Shown in pieces: positions 56,119-64,000 of a stretch of DNA of 64,000 bases (within the stretch, counting starts at the first letter, position 1; each line of letters begins with the position of its first letter). Position numbers and translations under genes: made by a program. Source of the stretch: the human T2T-CHM13v2.0 reference genome, Homo sapiens; the NCBI GenBank assembly GCA_009914755.4, contig CP068257.2, positions 11,328,001 to 11,392,000 of the forward strand. The letters are read 5' to 3'. The notes below the pieces were generated by a model. The model searched no databases, had not been told where the DNA came from, and saw only the letters and a list, made by a program, of their open reading frames with translations.

Positions 56119-58775
56119 ACAAATTATTTGATAACAGCTGAAAAGACAGGTAAATGAATACAACACAGTAGAAAACCAGAAACACCCAAATATCTAAGAA
56201 TTCAGAATTTGATAATGCTCACACTTTATACTAGTAGGGAAAGAATTAGTTTCATAAGTGAAATGCCTGCTTTTTGGAGAAAACTAGATTTTTATGCCAC
56301 AAAGTAAATTTCTGATGGAATATAGATTAAATTTTTTTAATATACAAAATGATAAAAGCACCAGAAGAAAACATAAATGCCTATTTACACAGGTACATTT
56401 TTATGTTGACAACACCTTTCTAAGAAGCTCAGAAGCAAGCAGTCTGAAGGATAATTAAGCAAAACAAAATTAAATTAAACTGTAAGGAGAAAAAATAAAA
56501 GGCAGCATACTTGTAAAATATTTACTACACATGTATGTGCGTGTGTGTATACATATTAGATTTTTAAATCATCATTTTATAGATAATTCACTTAAATCAA
56601 CAAAAAAACCCTCTAATTTAAAATTGAGCAATTTAAATTAGAGATCTAAATTGCAGATCTAAAAATAGTACTTTGCTTCTAATTTAAAATTTGGAAAATA
56701 TTTTCTTAAGATCTGTAAGTGACCTATGCACACAGAAAACAATATTTAGTGTTCCTGGTTACAGAAGGCATTTAAGTTAAAAGAGGAATCAAATACTGCT
56801 TTCTACCTACAAAGTTTGTGAGGATAAAGAGCAGTGATATTTATACTACTGTTTAAAGTTTAAGTTGCAGATAACTTTTCAAATAGACAATTTGGTGGTA
56901 AGTACCATATTATTAAGAAGAATCCATATAATGACTTTTATAAATACATTTCAGTGAATTTACAGCATGGGATAATATGTGACCACTGAAGGTAGAAATA
57001 TGTAGAGAAGTAGGTGACATTTGAAAATGTATTTTGGTGTATCAAGTGAGGGTAAAGTTCAGTTTCATTATACATACACACAGACTTGCGTTATCTGAAG
57101 TTGTGTATGAAATATGATAAAATTTGTTATTTGAGGGCATTTGTTTTAATATAAAATGTTTTTCCTTTTTTTTATCTTTGATTTCCACATTGAGCATGTA
57201 CAATGCTGTTAGAAAAAGTTTATTATTAATGAAATAATTTTTGGGAAGAGCAGGAATATAATTTTGCACCAATAAAAATAATTTCTCACTTTCCATATTT
57301 TAATTATTATTTTTTGTGGATTAGTATATTCTGTGAACTTTTAGCATCTTCAAAAGACAATCTTTTTACCTGTGCTTGTTGATTTACATATACATCTTAT
57401 TAGGCACATATTTTTATTGTATATAGATTTCTTACACATATGTCAATAATTATAGATTAGTGTAGTTTTATTATTAAGAAAATAAAATAGAAAATATAAG
57501 TGCTTTATTTATAGCAGTTTTTTTAAGGTATTGAACTTCTCAACTGTATTTATCCTTTTAATCAATTTATCACATGTAAGCTGAATGCCTATTATGTAGA
57601 AGATACATTAACTCTCAAGATCCTTTCATCCTTAAAAATTTCACATTTACCTGCTCAGCCTTAGCAAAGTGAGAGATTTAAAGTTGGAGTACTAGGAATG
57701 AATCTCAATTGAAGCTTTTCCTCTCATCTTTAAAACAAAAACACTTCTGAAGTAAGAAACTAGTAAAAGATAACTACCAACCACGATTTTGGAAATTTAT
57801 AACAGCTTTAAATAGTAATATTAATCATTGGAAATACCTAATTTACATGCATTCTATAAATTTAAATATGAATTTATATACATTCTGTAAATCTAAACAT
57901 GGAATAAAATGAGCCATACCTACTTGAATCCCAAGTTTTCTTTGGCTTGAAGTTTTAAAAATATTAAAGAAGTACTTTGTTTTAACAGTTTGTTTTTATT
58001 TCAACTCTCCTTTTGTATAGCACTCTTAAAAGCTAAAATTTCTTTAAGTGTTAATCCTATGACTAGGACTGCCATCGTCCTGTTGTATATACCATATTCC
58101 ACTTCGTGGAAGGCACGGTGAATGGTGTGATGCCTCCTTATTTATGTACCAATAAAAGATCGTTTAAATTTCTGCAAAATATACTTGTAACAAATAATGA
58201 CTTATAAGTGGCATTTCAATGTCAGAGATGTTAAAATATGAGAAATAGAGTATCTTAGAATTATTAAAATAGTTTTATCTCTAACCTTTAAAACATACCA
58301 CAAAGTAGGCATAATTTTACCATTTTACTTAAAATGTTTTCTTTGTTAAGTAGTAGAAATAATTACAATATCTATCAATCACTGAGCTGTTACATGTGCT
58401 AGGAATTCTTCGAAATACATTGCACAGATTCTCATGAGGCATCACAGTGATGTCCTGTGAGATAACTGCTGTATTCATCTTCACTTTATTGATGAGAAAA
58501 TTGAGGCACAGAAAGGTTAAGTGATAGCTAGAAGGTGAAAGACTTTAAAGTAATATTCAAGCCCAAGTTGAACTGAATCCAAAGGCCAAGCTCTTTCTAT
58601 TCAAATAGGCCACTCTTTCATTAATATAGTGAGTAATAACAGTGAATGAATGTTGTAGTTTCTTCAGGAGAATATTAAATATTTGTTTTGAAGGCAGAGA
58701 AAGAGCATGGTATTTAATGTTGACAATTACATAAATCATTCTATGTTTTGAGACAGTGGACTAAACTTTCCTTAA

Positions 58776-58952
<177 letters not shown>

Positions 58953-59072
58953 TAAATACATAGAATAAAAATGAATTTATCTCATTGAAATATAACTAGT
59001 TTGTGAAACCTGTGGAATATTTATTTATATTTCCTATAATTTATAATTTACTTCTTGCTTTAATACTGACAG

Positions 59073-59246
59073 GCTCTGCAATGCCAGAGGGAGGCTTGTG
59101 CAAATATTCTCATAGATTCTGGTGCTGATCCAAATATTGTAGATGTGTATGGCAACACAGCTGTCCATTATGCTGTTAACAGTGAGAATTTGTCAGTGGT
59201 GGCAAAATTGCTGTCCTGTGGTACAGACATTAAAGTGAAGAACAAG
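59073..59246 (+). CDS. Exon 3 (ankyrin repeats: ALQCQREACANILIDSGADPNIVDVYGNTAVHYAVNSENLSVVAKLLSCGTDIKVKNK)
   Basis: The acceptor is 'taatactgacag|gctctg' and the donor is 'aacaag|gtagac'. The exon is 174 nt (58 codons) in phase 0. Confidence 0.8.
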
Positions 59247-60273
59247 GTAGACATTAACCAATGTTATTTTCAAAATATTTGAAATCCATTTGTTTTAACA
59301 TTAACATATGTAAATTGTTTTATATTTGGAAGCTCAAACATTCCTATTTTTCTATGAAAATAGTTTGACAAAACTTAATTGTCTAGGATTTTGCTTTAAA
59401 TATTAATATTTTTACAAGAACTATTAGTATGGCTTTTCTGTGCATTATGATAAATATTTAAATTTGTTAAAGGTAAAACATTTTCAAATATTCTTTCCCA
59501 CCCAAGTTTTTTTTTTTCTTTCCAGTTAGTGTAAAACTACAAGAAAGTAAAATTTGCCTGCATAAATTGAGTCAACATGTAAAATTTAGGAGACATGCAG
59601 AAATCTGGATTTCCTCTTAAAGGATTGAATCTTGTGTCTCTTGAGCCCGTATGACTGTTTGGTATGCTATGAAGACATTCTAGTTTTACATAAAGCATAT
59701 GTTTCCAGTTTGCTACTGTGCCCACCTAGTTACATCACTTATTCAACTTACCTATTTTGCCTCTGTAAATATTTCAGTTATCAATTCCTCTCTCATAGTA
59801 CATTTTGGTAAAGATTTCAAGTTATTGAAGGCAGTTTATAGGTGTTTATAATATATAGTTTATATTTTACATTAATTCATTAATAATGGGGTTGTCTTCT
59901 AGAATTTAGAATATTTTATAAATGATGATTTTTCTCATATAAACCATAAATAATCATCTTCTATTAGAAGGCCTTTAAGCCTTTTTAGATTAATCATGGT
60001 TATATTTGAATAGGTTATGCATATTGCAGAAAAAATATTATATCTTTCTCCACAGAATTGTCCCTTAAAATTCAAGTGATTTAGTGGCTTCTATTTTGCT
60101 AAGCCACATACATGAGTTAGAACTTTCATTAATAAGCCATTTTATTCATACTTCTGATATTTTGCCAAAAAATAGTATCAATTACAATAGAAACCAGAAT
60201 AAAAATGGATTATTGCATTTTAAGAAGTAGATATGCATTAGGATCCTAGGAGTATCATTCTAATAGAGAATAA

Positions 60274-60607
<334 letters not shown>

Positions 60608-61456
60608 TTTTATACTGAATTTCTAATAGCTGAGATAAAATCCTATTGTCTGGTAATAGGATAAACCCCATGGACCATTTAAGAATATGCAATCAAAGTT
60701 TATTTGAAGCCAATCTCTTTTAATTTACAGCCACTTCCTTAGTGACCCATTTAGAGCAGGAGTGCCTGACATTGGCATTTGGAATCTTGGGATCATTGAT
60801 AGAAGAGAATCAAGTGAGTTTGTATCACCCAGAGGAAACCTCCATTTTTGGGGGGAAGCTTTCAAAACTGCATCCCTGAAATTCTAATTTGTCAAATGTT
60901 AATGTTTGCCACAAAAATATACTGTCAAATAAGGATTAGGTAAAGTTCAATTCATTTCTTGAATAATGAACATTTAATTCACAGTTTTATAACATTTCTT
61001 GAACATAGATAATGGTGGAATCTGTTGGGGTACAGTGCTTCTGGTAAGGTAATTATTCTTTGGAATAAAGTTGAAGAAACACTGTTCTAGAAGTAATAAT
61101 TTAGATTACTAATTTAGTAAAAAATAAAGTATTTACTACTATGTCTTAGGGTTTAAGGATATAGAGGTAAAAGATACAGCCCCTGCCCTCAAGAAGCTCT
61201 TGGTTTACATGGGAAACAATAAAATCATTACAATGTAATGATTTTTGGAGATAACCAGAGTTAATGTGGTGATGCAGAGGCTGAATGTTTACAAGAGAAG
61301 GTGCAGTGCATGGGAAAGCACAGAAAAGTGAGAAAGAAGGGATTGCTATTGATTTACTTTCCATTGTTTAAGTTCATAGGATATTATATAAGGTATTCAA
61401 TTCAGCTGAGAAATATGTAATTTCATGAATTATAAATTGTTTTTGCTGTTTTACAG

Positions 61457-61564
61457 GCTGGCCACACACCACTTTTATTGGCCATAAGGAAAAGAAGTGA
61501 GCAAATTGTGGAATTTTTACTGACAAAAAAATGCAAATGCAAATGGAGTTGATAAGTTTAAATG
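61457..61564 (+). CDS. Exon 4 (AGHTPLLLAIRKRSEQIVEFLLTK…) carrying a +1 frameshift in an A7 run
   Basis: The acceptor is 'tgctgttttacag|gctggc' and the donor is 'aaatg|gtatag'. As written the exon reads …LTKKCKCKWS*. Removing one A restores …LTKNANANGVDKFKC, matching ANKRD30A …LIKNANANAVNKYKC. Confidence 0.75.
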
Positions 61565-61959
61565 GTATAGTAGTTTTTTTATTAAAAAACACTTGAGTAG
61601 TGTGCTAGAGTAATAACACTCAAGTCAGAAATATTAAATTAATAACATTTACTTAAAATTATTAGATTATACAGAAAAATATCAAGACAAATTATCAGTT
61701 AGGAAGAAAAGCAATTATTTGGACTGGTCAACACAAAGAACAGTATACAGTAGGATTTTCTTCTTTTATTATACTGACTGATTCTTATTTGTAATCTGAT
61801 GTTTTTGGTTGCATTATCTTCTATTAGCTAAAGTGGTTCTGTATTAGTTTTAAGAAGTATGAATTTTTAGTTTACTTTATAATTCAATATTGAATGATTA
61901 ACACCTTTATAGTATTTTTCTAACTTCTGTTTTTCATACACTTTTAAAAAATGCAATAT

Positions 61960-62138
61960 TTGCTGGGCATGGTAGCTGTTGTCTGTTATCCCAGCAACTT
62001 TGGGAGGCCAAGTGGGTAGATCACCTGAGGCCAGGAGTTTGAGACCAGCCTAGCCAACATGGTAAAACCTCATCTCAATGAAAAATATAAAAATTAGCCA
62101 ACCATGGTGGCACAAGCCTGTAGTCCCAGGTACTCAGG
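61960..62138 (+). mobile_element. Alu, 3'-truncated (left arm and part of right arm, no tail)
   Basis: The sequence 'gctgggcatggtagctgttgtctgttatcccagcaactttgggaggccaagtgggtagatcacctgaggccaggag…attagccaaccatggtggcacaagcctgtagtcccaggtactcagga' stops abruptly. Confidence 0.8.
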
Positions 62139-62529
62139 ACAATATTATTCCTAATATTGTTTTAAGTCTTCAGATTGCTCTCACTTGTCCGACTTCTAGC
62201 TAATTTTGAAGTACAAAATATTATATCAGACTAAGGAGGAAATAGATAATTCTTCACTTAAAACTTTGCCTCTTTTAGATTAGTGAACAGAACATATTTT
62301 CTTGCCCCTCAGTGGACTTTATGTTAGCCAATTCTACTATGCCATATCCCAGTGAGACATGAGTCTTTTCACCCCTTCCTTTTAGCCTTGGTCGTGATTT
62401 ACAAGGATAAACACTTGAGCACTCAAGATACTTAACATTTGTTAATACATGTAAATGGTTAATTCTATACTGACAGGCACATATTAAATTGGTTCATTCC
62501 TAATAATGAAGTTATGTCTGTTATTTTAG

Positions 62530-62671
62530 CACAGCCCTCATGCTTGCCATATGTCATGGATCATCAGAGATAGTTGGCACGGTTCTTCAGCAAAATGTTG
62601 ACATCTGTGCTGAAGCTACATGTGGAATGATTGCAGAACGTTATGCTGTTGCTTGTGGATTTAATCTCTAA
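62530..62671 (+). CDS. Exon 5 (…[46 protein letters not shown]), ending in an in-frame TAA immediately before the only nearby GT
   Basis: The acceptor is 'tgtctgttattttag|cacagcc'. The exon is homologous to ANKRD30A …[45 protein letters not shown]…. The 3' boundary is uncertain (ctctaa|gtgttt). Confidence 0.55.
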
Positions 62672-64000
62672 GTGTTTACATTTAAAGGCTAGGTGAGATT
62701 TTATAGTTTGTTTCAGGTAGTTTTTGAATGACAGTGAGTTAGTTCACTTCATCAGCCAGAAACTAGGCAAAAAGCTAGACTAGTTAGAAAGATTAATGGC
62801 TCCAGGATTCTTTATTTTAGGGCTTTAGGGACGCTAATGTTGTCTACTTGATTTGAAGTATAACCCCTATGCATGGGATAAATATAATGTCACAATTTTG
62901 GTTTTTCTAATTAGTTATTTGGGTCTCAAAATGTCCACTTTAAGCAGAAAACCTGATAGTGTCCCCAGGGGGCTGTCTTCCATACCTTCATTCTTGAATT
63001 TTTTAAAAGAATCTGAACCTAAGTCCAAGGAAGACATTCCTTTTGTACAAGTCAGAAGGATTGGGGGGTGGGAAATGGCCATTCTCTTCATTTTGCTGTT
63101 TCCATTGATTCTGTTGCTGCATCGTTGCCATTGAAACTGCTCCTGCAGTCTGGTAATGATTGACCTTTGTGACCAGGATGCCCTTACTAACACAGATTCC
63201 TCAGTCTTCATGGTATAGACTTCCAAGTTATGACATGTTTTTAAAGTTCACGTACATATTCTCAGCCATTGTTTCCAAAGTACCAGCACCCCACTCTGGC
63301 AGCTAGAACTTTTAGCTTTAGCCACACACATAGTGAGCAAATTGACCCTTCTCCTCACACTCAAAACCTGATGTGAAACCCACATCTTAGCCTGGACATG
63401 GCCTAGACCTTCATGGTAAATTATCCTTTGAGTGGCTTTTTTCTATTTTCTCTAGCCAATATTAGTTGTGGTAGTTTGAAACTGTAAGTCAGGTTGAAAT
63501 AATGTTACAGGAAGAAATTAGAGATCCATTTTGTCTTTGTTACCAGATCTATATCCCTGGCCCTTTATATCCTGTGTAGCACCATTTTGTAGGTAGTGGA
63601 AGGTCTCATCTTATTCTATAAAATCCCATGTCATCTTTCCCAAGTTGTAGTGGGTTCCAACTTGTGGTTGTCCCCTCAAGTGATTCTTTTTTCCTAAAAG
63701 TAAAAATCTCCCATGCTACTTACATCTCCACCTCGAGTTTCTAAAATATTTTCAAATGCTGCATCACCATGAAGCCATTCAATAGACTTCACTAAATCTC
63801 AAGTAAGTTGGTTAGATTTAACAGAGCTAAGCCTCATCCATCCCTCATCAGTCTTCACGTATAAAAGTAAGGATTTGTGCTGGCTTCAGTGGTACATATA
63901 GTAAAATTAAGACAACGTTGAGAAGATCAGCATGGTCCCCGCACAAGGATGACATAGAAATCTGTAAGGTGTTGCATATTTCTTGCAGTCCCCAAAAGGA

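Noticed and set aside
62853-63226. ORFs 62853..63134(+) and 62915..63226(-) downstream of exon 5, considered as a further ANKRD30-like exon
   Set aside because: There is no similarity to the expected continuation (…HHIHEQIMEYIRKLSKNHQNTNPEG…), no flanking splice consensus and the two ORFs overlap on opposite strands. They are likely intronic noise.

Overview
This window is primate, almost certainly human, pericentromeric genomic DNA; it has no prokaryotic-type systems, CRISPR arrays, or tRNA/rRNA genes. Nucleotides 1-13,422 are a tandem array of about 78 alpha-satellite monomers of 171 bp, in reverse-complement orientation relative to the usual consensus. The array looks monomeric and diverged. 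Its distal 4 kb carries interspersed CENP-B-box-bearing (B-type) monomers, two of which keep intact boxes. The array ends at a 5'-truncated young L1 (L1PA-type, minus strand, 13,423-15,906), and unique sequence lies beyond the L1. The remaining ~48 kb is Alu-dense, with roughly 40 Alu copies, several with clear target-site duplications or nested insertions. It also holds old L1 (L1M/L1P) fragments, MIR, microsatellites, a degenerate ERV pol remnant (RNase H plus an integrase HHCC finger, minus strand, ~22.1-23.4 kb), and a HERV-K(HML-2)-type solo LTR5-like element (40,019-41,033) with 5-bp TSDs. There is an unusual ~145-bp near-perfect inverted repeat around a ~490-bp spacer (41.25-42.03 kb). 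The only gene-like locus is on the plus strand. A CpG island (~53.15-54.95 kb) contains ~305-bp tandem repeats and a 21-bp triplicated motif, and an inverted, CpG-decayed partial copy of it sits 1.5 kb upstream. The island leads into five exons, all with canonical splice sites, that encode the N-terminal ankyrin-repeat region of an ANKRD30A/ANKRD30B (NY-BR-1) family member. Its reading frame is broken by a 1-bp deletion in exon 1 and a 1-bp poly-A insertion in exon 4. It is therefore best read as an ANKRD30B-like pseudogene or low-coding-potential paralogue (ANKRD30BL/ANKRD30BP-type). This family is characteristically found in pericentromeric regions. All coordinates are hand-counted and may be off by a few bases.
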